Part shown: piece by piece, positions 8,155 to 16,560 of the stretch
Layout of the letters: each line of letters opens with the position of its first letter
Position numbering within the stretch: the first letter of the stretch is position 1
Origin: a virus
Taxonomy: Duplodnaviria; Caudoviricetes
Direction: 5' to 3' (one strand)
IMG/VR virus record: IMGVR_UViG_3300043270_000039
Span: 1-24,508 of that record
Length of the DNA: 24,508 nt
Program-made: the position numbers and the translations under genes
Notes under the pieces: generated by a model
Told to the model about the DNA's origin: nothing
The model's input: the letters and a program-made list of their open reading frames with translations, nothing else
Database searches by the model: none

Positions 8155-8889
8155 TCAGGCGGGGGCGAGGGCGACGACGAACAGCACGGACCCGGTGCCC
8201 GTGATCGTCCACGCGGTCCGCCACCACGTGTCCGTCACCGGCCCGGGCACGGGAAGGAACTGGCCCTGCGGGGACCCCGCCGCGGTGACCGCCGCGAACG
8301 TCGCCCGCGTGACCGGGGAGGCGAACCCGGACGCGTCGTCGGACTCCACCCGGGCCGTGAACGTCGGCGTCCCCGTGACCGACAGGACGTGCAGGGAGGC
8401 GTTGAGCCGGCGGTTCGTCGCGATCGCGCCGAGGTTGCGGGCGACGCCGGTGCCGTCGACGGTGCGCGCGGTGCCCGGGGGGTGGGCGATGACGCCGCGG
8501 CCCACCGGCCCGGACGACATCCCGGTCAGCGCCCACGGGGCGACGGACCCGACCTCCCCGAACAGGGTGTAGGCGCCCTCCAGGAACTGCCCCGTGTACG
8601 CCAGGGCGCCGTCGGCGGCGCCGGCCGGGGCGATCGACCACGGTCCGCGGCCGCCGAGCTGCACCCACGCGGCGTCGTCGACGAGGGTGAGGTCCCCGGC
8701 CTCCCACTGCCCCTCCCCGGTGACCTCGCCCTCCCCGAGCCCGCCGATCCGCTCCCGCCACCCGGCGCTGGCGAAGTTCGTGGTGTCGAGGTCCTCGACC
8801 TCGGCCTCCAGCTCCACCTGGTTGGACGCCGCGGTCAGGTCGGCGCCTCCGGTGAAGAGCCGGACGTTGGTGAGGACCAGCTTGGCCAC
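8155..8889 (-). CDS. Tail tube protein paralog with C-terminal beta-sandwich extension
   Basis: The first ~130 aa align by eye with 7681..8091 (MAKLVLT, EAEVEDLD, GWRERIGGL, GEVG), followed by ~110 aa of beta-rich sequence. Confidence 0.8.
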   Translation of the reverse strand: MAKLVLTNVRLFTGGADLTAASNQVELEAEVEDLDTTNFASAGWRERIGGLGEGEVTGEGQWEAGDLTLVDDAAWVQLGGRGPWSIAPAGAADGALAYTGQFLEGAYTLFGEVGSVAPWALTGMSSGPVGRGVIAHPPGTARTVDGTGVARNLGAIATNRRLNASLHVLSVTGTPTFTARVESDDASGFASPVTRATFAAVTAAGSPQGQFLPVPGPVTDTWWRTAWTITGTGSVLFVVALAPA

Positions 8890-8916
8890 GTCGGGTCCTC
8901 CTGAGCTGGCGGGCGG

Positions 8917-9354
8917 TCAGGTGCCGGGGCCGATGACCCGGATCTGGTACTCGATGCCGAGGTAGGTGGCGTCGGTGTGGACGTACCAGCGGTGGGCGCT
9001 GGCCCGGCGGACGTGGAGGTCGTCGGCGGCGCCGCCGAGGGCGGGCTGGCCGGGGGCGCCGCGGGCGGCCTCGAGGGCGGCCTTGAGCGACGTCGGCCCG
9101 GCGCCCCGCAGGAGCTGGTTGAGGTAGCGCTGGGACGCGCGGTCGTCGCCGCGGTTGACGAGCACCCGGAACACCAGGGTGATCTCGTCGAGGCCGCGGG
9201 CGTGGGCGCGGTCGTAGTCGATGTCGAGCTCGGCGACGAACCCGCACGGTTCCGGGACCGAGTCCGGGACGTAGGCGAGGGTGTTGAGCCTCGGGGAGAT
9301 CGTCACCGTGCGGGCGGCCGCGGCGATGGCGGTGGCGACGGCCTCGACGTCCAC
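8917..9354 (-). CDS. Putative tail terminator protein
   Basis: 145 aa between the adaptor and tube genes, with YVPDSVPEP...IDYD...SLKAALE...YLGIEYQIRV, typical of actinophage terminators. Confidence 0.65.
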   Translation of the reverse strand: MDVEAVATAIAAAARTVTISPRLNTLAYVPDSVPEPCGFVAELDIDYDRAHARGLDEITLVFRVLVNRGDDRASQRYLNQLLRGAGPTSLKAALEAARGAPGQPALGGAADDLHVRRASAHRWYVHTDATYLGIEYQIRVIGPGT

Positions 9355-9366
9355 CTCGAGCCCTCC

Positions 9367-9960
9367 TCAGGCGATGCCGGGTCGGCGGAACGGGGCGAGG
9401 AGGGCCTCGACGTCGGGGTCGACGCGGGCGACCCGCACCGCCCCCCACTCCGCTGAGCCGAGGACCCCTTCCGGGGAGTCCCGGCGCTTCCACAGCCGGT
9501 GGGCCTGGAGGGTCGCGGCGTGGCGGACCGCGGCCGGGACGGCCGGCCACCCCCACCGTGCGGTGACCCGGATCCGGGTGGCCCCGGTCGGCCACGACGG
9601 GCCGCCGGGGCGCAGCAGGGACGTCACGGCCCGCCCGCGGTCGAGGGCGTCCAGCGGCTCGGCCTCGACCCCGGTGAGCGGCGTCCACCCGGCGACGGTG
9701 GTGCCGGTCTCGACGACCAGGCCGGCGAGGGAGCCGATGTCGGGGACGAGGAGGTGCTCCCCGGCGGCGTCGACCGCGACCCGCCCGTACGGGGACAGCA
9801 CCCGGGGGGCGGCGGTGGGGGCGACGGTGAACGTCCGCCCGCAGTGGTCGTCGACGCCGGCCTCGGCGGCGGCGATGACGTCGTTCAGCAGGTCGTCCCG
9901 GTCGCTGCTCTGCTCCTTGAGGGAGGCCTTGAGCTTGGCCAGGTCGACGTAGACGCCCAT
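9367..9960 (-). CDS. Head-to-tail adaptor (HK97 gp6/SPP1 gp15-like)
   Basis: YVDLAKLKASL...IAAAEAGVDDHCGRTF...VTARWGWPAVPAAVRHA...DPDVEALLAPFRR. Confidence 0.85.
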   Translation of the reverse strand: MGVYVDLAKLKASLKEQSSDRDDLLNDVIAAAEAGVDDHCGRTFTVAPTAAPRVLSPYGRVAVDAAGEHLLVPDIGSLAGLVVETGTTVAGWTPLTGVEAEPLDALDRGRAVTSLLRPGGPSWPTGATRIRVTARWGWPAVPAAVRHAATLQAHRLWKRRDSPEGVLGSAEWGAVRVARVDPDVEALLAPFRRPGIA

Positions 9961-9992
9961 TCAGGATCCCGATCGGGTGCGGGGGGTGGTGG

Positions 9993-10199
9993 TCAGCCGC
10001 CGGCGCGGGTGTTGCCCGGCGGGGCCGTCGCGTCCTTGGGTGGGGTGGACCGGGTGTCGCGGCTCGCCTGGCGGGCCTTGAGCTGGATGTCGATCTGCTC
10101 GACCCGGTCGGTGAGGCCGCGGGAGACGGCCGTGGCCCGCTCCCGGCGCAGCGCGGCGACCATGGTGTCCCCACCGGCGTCGATGATCTTCTTGGGCAT
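9993..10199 (-). CDS. Small hypothetical protein downstream of the capsid gene
   Basis: 68 aa with RBS GGAGG; ALRRER...RVEQIDIQLK helical hairpin, a type commonly seen after actinophage capsid genes. Confidence 0.7.
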   Translation of the reverse strand: MPKKIIDAGGDTMVAALRRERATAVSRGLTDRVEQIDIQLKARQASRDTRSTPPKDATAPPGNTRAGG

Positions 10200-10244
10200 G
10201 AGGGGGCCTCCGGGTTCCGAGGTCGAGGAGATGACGGGGTGGCC

Positions 10245-10279
10245 CGCCGCCGGCGCCGGTGAGGGCGGCGCCGGCGGCG
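10245..10279 (-). terminator. Perfect 14-bp GC stem-loop just downstream of the capsid stop (terminator, attenuator or mRNA stabiliser)
   Basis: CGCCGCCGGCGCCG (10245-10258), 7-nt loop, CGGCGCCGGCGGCG (10266-10279); no U-tract. Confidence 0.65.
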
Positions 10280-10293
10280 AGGGGGAGGTGGGA

Positions 10294-11751
10294 TCAGAAG
10301 GTCGGCGGGATGAGGCCGGTGCCGCCGATGACCCGCGCCTGGGCGTAGCGGGCGTGGGTGTAGGCGAAGTACCCGTACAGGACCAGGGTGACGCCGAGGG
10401 ACGTCACGGCGGTCTGTTCGGCCCGGATGAACAGCGGGGCGTCGGGGTCCTCCCACAGGTGGCACTCGTTGCGGTCGACGACCCCGATGACGTCCTCGTT
10501 CGTCCCGGCGCCGAGGTTCGTGGGGATGTTGTTGTCGACGACGACGGGGGTGCCGTTGGGCAGGATGCCGCGGAACCCGGCCCCGTACCGCTCGGCCAGG
10601 TTCACCCCGCCCTGCTGGGCGGGGATCCCGGGCTGGCCGATGAACGGCCACGTGGTGCCGACCTGGGACTGCATCCAGTACCAGCGGCGGGAGTGCATGA
10701 CCGCGAGGGTCTCCCCCGACGCCTGGTCGAGCAGAGCGGCCTCGACCCCGGACAGGGCCTCCAGGACCTTGGGGTACAGCTCGGCGGCCGTCGGGGTGAG
10801 GTCGGTGTAGGCGACCGCGGTCCCGACCGCGACCAGACCGGTCGCGGCCTGGTTGATGATCGTCGAGTCGACCGAGGAGAAGTACCGGCGGGTCAGGTCC
10901 TCGACCGTGACGTCCTCGGCGTTCGTGGACCGCTCGACGGCCTGCCGGGACATGGTCTGCCGCCCGGCCGTGGTCTGCACCGGGATCGACAGCTGGGTGT
11001 CGTCCATGTCCTGCTCGGTGACCAGGGAGTTCTGGGCGGCCTGCAGGCCCACCGCGCTCGGGGTCGTGATCCGGGACAGCTCCACCGTCATGCCGGACGC
11101 GGGCAGCTCGTGGCCGCGGATCGCGTTGGCGAACGGCCGGGCGGCCGCAGCGGCCGGGGCGTAGAGGTCGGTGAGGTACTGCGGGACGGTCAGGCCGGCG
11201 AACGCCCCGGTGCCGGTGGCCCGAGTCATGTACTGCCCGCGCTCGGCCAGCTCCTCCTGCTTGTGCCGGCGCAGCCGGTCCTGCGCCTCCCAGTCCTGCA
11301 TGAGGAACGCCGCGGCGACGTCGCGGAGGAAGTCCTGCCCGACGTCGAACCCGGGCCGGAACCGCTCCGTCCGGGAATCCCACGCCCGCTCCTTGTGCGG
11401 GGCGTAGGTGCGCTCCTCGGCGCCGACCCGGACGGTCTGCTCCCGGGTCCGCACCTGGGGGGCACCGGTCGGGTTCCGCTGCTTCTGGCCCTCCTCGATC
11501 CGCTTCTCGTCGGCGATGGCCGACTCGACGTCGGCGATGGCCTCGTCCCGCTCCTTGATCCGGGTGTCGACGGCGGCGACTTGGGCGCGAGCCGCCTTGG
11601 CCTTGGCCTCGGCGGCGTCGATCTCCTCGATCGTGGCCGTGTCGACGAGGGCCGCCCGGGCGGCGGCGATCTCGGTCTCGTGCTGGGCGCGCTCGGCGAC
11701 CAGCCGGTCCCGCTCGGCCCGGTACCGGGCGAGGAGCTGCTGAAGGGTCAC
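10294..11751 (-). CDS. Major capsid protein, HK97 fold, with N-terminal coiled-coil delta/scaffold region
   Basis: GTG at 11751 follows the RBS AGGAGG. Long Ala/Glu/Arg coiled coil, then AGLTVPQYLTDLY, TTAGRQTMSRQAVER, VMHSRRW and PVVVDNNIP. In frame with the upstream protease, with no stop between them. Confidence 0.92.
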   Translation of the reverse strand: MTLQQLLARYRAERDRLVAERAQHETEIAAARAALVDTATIEEIDAAEAKAKAARAQVAAVDTRIKERDEAIADVESAIADEKRIEEGQKQRNPTGAPQVRTREQTVRVGAEERTYAPHKERAWDSRTERFRPGFDVGQDFLRDVAAAFLMQDWEAQDRLRRHKQEELAERGQYMTRATGTGAFAGLTVPQYLTDLYAPAAAAARPFANAIRGHELPASGMTVELSRITTPSAVGLQAAQNSLVTEQDMDDTQLSIPVQTTAGRQTMSRQAVERSTNAEDVTVEDLTRRYFSSVDSTIINQAATGLVAVGTAVAYTDLTPTAAELYPKVLEALSGVEAALLDQASGETLAVMHSRRWYWMQSQVGTTWPFIGQPGIPAQQGGVNLAERYGAGFRGILPNGTPVVVDNNIPTNLGAGTNEDVIGVVDRNECHLWEDPDAPLFIRAEQTAVTSLGVTLVLYGYFAYTHARYAQARVIGGTGLIPPTF

Positions 11752-12606
11752 GGGTCCTCCTGTGTCTCGTGCACTCACGGGTGCGGGTGTGGGTGCGCGT
11801 CCGTCAGGAGCCGGGACCCGGGACCCGCCGTCAGGGCAGGGCGCGGGGCGCGGCGCGCGAGCAGTTGCGCTGGTGGCGATGACGTCGATCCGGCTGCGAG
11901 CCCCGGCCAGGTGCTCGGCACGACGGGCCTGGTGCAGCCGCTCAAGGCGGGCGTCGGGGGCCGCCCGGAGGGCGGCGGAGGTGTGGGGGTTGGCGCCGTA
12001 GCCGACGATGGCGACGTCGCCGCGGTGGATGTCGACGGCGTGGATGTGGTACTCGGTCCAGTCCTCCGACCAGCGCCCGGAGACGATCCGGAACGCGAAC
12101 GACATCTCGTCCATGAGTCCGGCACGGATCTTCGGGGCGATCGCGCGGACGTCGACGTCGTCGCCGGGCAGAGCCGGGGCGAGCACGTGCAGCCCGGTGG
12201 GGTCGACGTCGGCGACCTCGTCGAGGATCAGGGGGGAAACGGCGTTGCCGGTGCGGGCGATGCGCCGCAGCTGGTCGTGGCCGATGACGAGGGGGACGTC
12301 GAGGGCCTCGGCCGCCAGGGTCTCGGCGAAAGCGCCGACGTGGACGGTCTCCTCGTACGGGCCGAAGAGGTCCCACATCTCGTAGGCCCGCCCGGTGACC
12401 GACGCCATGCCGTCGAAGACCAGGGTGCCGGGGGCCTGGCCGTCGCGGATCTCGGCCCGGGACAGCCGCGCCGGCACCCTCGCGGTGGACCGCGGTGCCT
12501 CGTCGGCACGCCGGCGGGCGGGGCGGTCGGTGTGCTGGCGGACCTGACGGGCCCGCTCGCGGGCGGCGTCCCGGCCGGTCGTGGTGAGGAGGACGGGGCC
12601 GCTCAT
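11752..12606 (-). CDS. HK97-family prohead protease; no stop codon, continuous with the capsid ORF (fusion 10294..12606, 770 aa)
   Basis: ATG at 12606 overlaps the portal stop (ATGA). Motifs FDGMASV, YEETVHVGAFAETL, GHD, EMSFAFRI and DVAIVGYGANP. Confidence 0.88.
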
Positions 12607-13904
12607 CGTGGGGCCTCCCAGGCGCGGTACGGGTCGAGGGCTTGGGCTTGCTGCGCGGACGGCTGGCCGACCTGCTGCGGGGCGGTGCGGGCGCCGAAGA
12701 GCCGGTCGAACTCGGCGAGCTGGTCGTCGGTGAACGGCGGCAGGTCGTACAGGGCGCGGACCTCGCTGGGGGCGCGGACCCGGCCGGCGACGTCGCCGAC
12801 GAGCACGCCGGCGCGGGTCTGCGGGTCCATGCGGAGCAGGGCGTCGGAGTTGAGCTTGACGAAGCGCGGCGAGGAGGTGAGCTTCGTCAGCGTCGCCTCG
12901 CGGCGGGCGATCGCGGGTCCCATGTGCAGCACGAGCAGCTGCACGAACCGCTGGGTGACGTTGGCGTAGGTGATCGTGCCGCCGGGGGTGGCGGCGTCGA
13001 TGACGTCGCCGGGGACGTCGAGGAACCGGGCGACGTCCTGGGACCCCCACCGGAGCTGCTCCAGGAACCCGGCATCCTCGGCCGCGACGGCATCCGCGGT
13101 CCACTCCCAGTCCTTGCCGGTGACGAAGACGTCCCGGTTGGCGGTGGCGGCCTTGAATCGCCGCTTGGCCTCGTCGGCGACGTCGGCGACGACCGCCTTC
13201 TCGGTGTTGCGCAGCGTCCCGACGGGGTGGGCGCCGTCCTGCTCGTACCAGTCCAGGGCGTACTCCTGAGCGGCGAGGTACCCGCCGATGGACCGGGCGG
13301 CGGCCTGGATCGGGGACAGCCCGACGGCTGACCCGGGCGGGGTGTACTGCCGCTCGTGCCACAGGTCGGAGAGGGGGACCTCGGTGCCCCCGTAGCGGAC
13401 CCTGGCGATGCGGTGGTCCCGCATGGTGACCCGGACGTCGGCCGTGGGGAGCAGCTCGATCTGCGTCGGAACGCCGAACCGGTCACGCTCGCGCACGACC
13501 CCGAAGACGTTGCCGTACCGGTCGAGGTCCCACTGGGTCGCGTAGAGGAACTCCGCGATCGACTGCCCCGGCCAGGGCTCGACGAGGACGGGGGGCGGCG
13601 ACACCTCGACGCGCACCCCGCCCTGGACCCGGTGCACGTCCAGCGGCAGCGACGAGATGAGGTTGGCACGCAGCCGCAGGGCAGCCCAGACCGCCGAGTG
13701 CTGCATCGCCGTGTCCTGGTTGACCAGGACCCCGCCCGACTTCGAGGTGCCGGCCCGCTGTCGCTCGGCGAGGAGCAGGGCCTCCAGGGTGGACTCGCGG
13801 ACCGCGCGGCCGAGCAGCACCGACCAGGCGGCCGCCGCACGGTCGGCGAGCCGGCCGCGCGAGCGGGGGACCGCCTGTCCGCGGCGAGGGGCGCGGTCGG
13901 CCAC
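12603..13904 (-). CDS. Portal protein, HK97 family
   Basis: AMQHSAVWAALRLRANLISSLPL, YGNVF, GLSPI, DVARFLDVP, ITYANV, FVKLNSDALLRMD and PSEVRALYDLPP. Confidence 0.95.
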   Translation of the reverse strand: MADRAPRRGQAVPRSRGRLADRAAAAWSVLLGRAVRESTLEALLLAERQRAGTSKSGGVLVNQDTAMQHSAVWAALRLRANLISSLPLDVHRVQGGVRVEVSPPPVLVEPWPGQSIAEFLYATQWDLDRYGNVFGVVRERDRFGVPTQIELLPTADVRVTMRDHRIARVRYGGTEVPLSDLWHERQYTPPGSAVGLSPIQAAARSIGGYLAAQEYALDWYEQDGAHPVGTLRNTEKAVVADVADEAKRRFKAATANRDVFVTGKDWEWTADAVAAEDAGFLEQLRWGSQDVARFLDVPGDVIDAATPGGTITYANVTQRFVQLLVLHMGPAIARREATLTKLTSSPRFVKLNSDALLRMDPQTRAGVLVGDVAGRVRAPSEVRALYDLPPFTDDQLAEFDRLFGARTAPQQVGQPSAQQAQALDPYRAWEAPR

Positions 13905-13963
13905 GGCTCACCCCTGTCGGCTGCGGTCGGGCTGGCGGGCTGGGCTACGGGCCGGCCGGGTCG

Positions 13964-15637
13964 TCAGGCGAAGCTGAGGGACAGGTCGTAGTCCGGGTTG
14001 CGCAGGGCGCCGTGCTCGATGGCGTGCCCGCCGGCGGCGACGGCGAGGATCGCGGCGATCGAGGCGTCGATGAGGACCCCGTCGCGGCGCTTGACGGCCC
14101 GCAGGTAGTGCTCGACCGTCCCCGCACCGCGCTCGAGCCCCGAGTCGAGCCCGTCGTCGGGCCTGTCGTCGAGATCCTCGCGCGGCGGCTTGCGCTTGCC
14201 CTTGGCCAGGGCGGTGTCCTCGACGTGGCGGGTGAGTCGGGGGTCGCCGTCGTGGGTCAGCTCCCCGGCCCGCAGGGCGGTGCGGAACCGCTCGATCGCG
14301 GCGTCCATCCGCGTCTCCACGGTGGTGGGGAACTCCACGACCCGCTCCCCGTAGAGCCCGGCCCAGGTGTCGAGGTAGTCCTGCCACCGGTAGGGGTCGG
14401 CGAACATCACCGCGACGTCGTAGGCGTCGAAGGCTGCCCGGACCGCGGCGTCGACCTCCCCGCGCGGCACCCGCCCCGACGGGTGCTCGGCGGGCACCCA
14501 CAGGTCCAGGGCGTGCAGGCGGCGGTCCCGCAGCCGGTAGGCCCACAGGGCGGTGGCGTCGCGGGAGCGGGACCCGTCGAAGCCCAGCGCGACGAGGTCG
14601 CCGGCGACGAGCGGGTCGTGGTCGGGGTGGCCGGGGCCGCGGGCGGCGGCCGCCCACACCGGCGGGGACGCCAGCGGCTTGGACCCGGCGGTGACCTCCT
14701 GGAGGTAGAAGCGGCGGACCTCCGCCTCCCCCATCGACGGGTCCCGGATGTCCCCGGCGACCCGCTCGCACACCACCCACCCGCCACGGCGGACGCTGGC
14801 GTCGCCGTACAGGTGCTCCAGCTCGTCGAGGACGGCCGGGCCGTCGTCGAGCGGGACCCGGCGGCGGGAGCGGCGGAACGTCACCCACACGTCGTCGACG
14901 ACGCCCCGCTCGACGGCCTCGTGCTGCTGCTGCGCCAGGGACGCCTCGGTGGGGTCCCACGGGTTCGTGACCTCCGCCCAGGACCCGCCCATGCCACCGA
15001 CGTTGCGCTTCAGCGTGCGCCCGAACGCCACCCCGCCGCGGCGGCCGGTGCCGACCATGAGCCCGGACTCGGTGATCCCGACGAACGTGAACCGCCCGCC
15101 GAGGCGACCCCACGCAGTCGCGGTCAGCGGCTCGATCTTCGCCCCGCCCGGCAGCAGGATCTCGTCGAGGTTGACCTGCACCCCGGGCAGGTCCACCAGC
15201 ACCGAGTCCCGGATCATCGTCTGGATGGGCAGCCACGTGTTGTTGGTCTGGTCGTCATTCAGCGCGGCGATGGCCACCCACGGCGAGGGGTGCGGGCGGG
15301 CGACGGGCTCCCCGTTGGCGTCCCACCCGGCGAACTCCACCGGTCCGAACGCGTGCGCGAGGGACCGGGTCGCCAGCGTCGGGTCCTTGCCGGCCTTCTG
15401 CGGGGCGATCCACTGGTCCCCGCGGTAGCGCCGGGCGGCCGCCGTCGGGGCGTCGCCCGGGGCGTCCGGGTGCAGCCGGTAGGCGTGCAGCAGGTGCCGC
15501 AGCTGGTCGTCGGTGTACCGCCACGGCCGCCCCGCCCGCGGCCCGTCCGGGAGGCGCAGGGTCCCCTCGACCCACTCCGCGATCGCGTACCCGAGGGTCG
15601 GGAACTCCCCGGGCTCGCGCGGCCCACGCCACGGCAC
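13964..15637 (-). CDS. terL: Terminase large subunit
   Basis: MPWRGP...FPTLG start, P-loop PQKAGKDP, nuclease motifs LGFDGSRSRDATAL, ADPYRW and IDASIA; lies upstream of the portal. Confidence 0.93.
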   Translation of the reverse strand: MPWRGPREPGEFPTLGYAIAEWVEGTLRLPDGPRAGRPWRYTDDQLRHLLHAYRLHPDAPGDAPTAAARRYRGDQWIAPQKAGKDPTLATRSLAHAFGPVEFAGWDANGEPVARPHPSPWVAIAALNDDQTNNTWLPIQTMIRDSVLVDLPGVQVNLDEILLPGGAKIEPLTATAWGRLGGRFTFVGITESGLMVGTGRRGGVAFGRTLKRNVGGMGGSWAEVTNPWDPTEASLAQQQHEAVERGVVDDVWVTFRRSRRRVPLDDGPAVLDELEHLYGDASVRRGGWVVCERVAGDIRDPSMGEAEVRRFYLQEVTAGSKPLASPPVWAAAARGPGHPDHDPLVAGDLVALGFDGSRSRDATALWAYRLRDRRLHALDLWVPAEHPSGRVPRGEVDAAVRAAFDAYDVAVMFADPYRWQDYLDTWAGLYGERVVEFPTTVETRMDAAIERFRTALRAGELTHDGDPRLTRHVEDTALAKGKRKPPREDLDDRPDDGLDSGLERGAGTVEHYLRAVKRRDGVLIDASIAAILAVAAGGHAIEHGALRNPDYDLSLSFA

Positions 15638-15640
15638 GGG

Positions 15641-16078
15641 CTACTCGACCGCGCGCAGCCGGCGCGGCCCGTCGGTCCCGGTCGCCGCCGCCACCTCGCC
15701 CGCGGCCGGCGCGCCGGCTTCAGAGGCCGGGTCGCCGATGACCCACAGCAGCAGCCGCATCGCCTTCGGCGTCAGGCCGAGCCGGTCCTCCAGCGCCGTC
15801 ACCTGACCCTGCAGCGTCGCCGGTGCCGTCCGGGCCTCGGCGCGCACCAGGAGGCGGGAGTAGCGGGCGACCGCCGCGTGCTGGTCCTGCTCCTCCCACA
15901 CCACCGCCTGCGGCTTGCCCCACAGCCCCGCCCACACCACGAGCTCCCGCTTCGTCGGCCGGGTCAGCGGCCACGCCGGAACCGGACCCTCACGGCCGGC
16001 CGCCGGCAGAACCCGGACCCCGACCGACGACCCGGGCTTGCGCCGCGTCGGACCAGCGAAGGACGGAGGCTGCGGCAT
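15641..16078 (-). CDS. terS: Terminase small subunit
   Basis: ATG at 16078 after AGGAGG; LPAAGR..PVPAWPL, W..LW..PQA..W and EDRLGLTPKAMRLLLW, the actinophage TerS pattern. Confidence 0.85.
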   Translation of the reverse strand: MPQPPSFAGPTRRKPGSSVGVRVLPAAGREGPVPAWPLTRPTKRELVVWAGLWGKPQAVVWEEQDQHAAVARYSRLLVRAEARTAPATLQGQVTALEDRLGLTPKAMRLLLWVIGDPASEAGAPAAGEVAAATGTDGPRRLRAVE

Positions 16079-16162
16079 GGCCCCTCCTGACATCACCCCG
16101 GGCAGCGGGAAGATCGCGGACGAGAGTTGAGGTTGGCGAGGGGTCCCTGACCAGCCATGATC

Positions 16163-16495
16163 CTAAAACTGTGGCCGCTGGCGGCGGCCTGGTCGTCGGC
16201 CGCGGTTGCACACGGCGTGCTCGGGTCCGCGGTGCACGGTGCGGTCGTGGTCGTCGTGGCCCAGGTCCCACGCGCTGCCCGCCGCGATGGGCCGGCCGCA
16301 GCGTGCGCAGTCCACGAGCCCGGCCTCGACGAACGGTGCCCACCGCGCGCGCAGGGCGTCGTGCTCGGCGTCGTAGCCACGGGCCTGCCGACTGCCTCGT
16401 GCTGCGTCCCGTGCCCGACCCCTGCGGCTGGCGCAGGTGGGGCAGCGTGTGGCGGTGGTGACGGCGCCGCAGTCCAGACAGGGGCGGTAGGGCAC
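16163..16495 (-). CDS. HNH endonuclease associated with DNA packaging
   Basis: CLDC..RCPTC zinc knuckle, RGYDAEH, CARCG...WDLGH...GPEHAVCNR; sits upstream of terS. Start (GTG 16495) is inferred. Confidence 0.82.
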   Translation of the reverse strand: MPYRPCLDCGAVTTATRCPTCASRRGRARDAARGSRQARGYDAEHDALRARWAPFVEAGLVDCARCGRPIAAGSAWDLGHDDHDRTVHRGPEHAVCNRGRRPGRRQRPQF

Positions 16496-16560
16496 GGGGG
16501 GCAACCGGTCGCAGGGCGGGGGACGTCGTTGACTCCCGGCAGCACCGCCGGTAGCGTCAC

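Noticed and set aside
7742-11383. 1213-aa - strand ORF, and the 1156-aa + strand ORF 9499..12969
   Set aside because: Arg/Pro/Gly-rich or antisense shadow frames of real structural genes, expected at this GC content.
12607-13362. Apparent portal-overlapping N-terminus of the 1022-aa ORF
   Set aside because: Off-frame low-complexity translation inside the portal gene; the protease start is the ATGA-coupled ATG at 12606.
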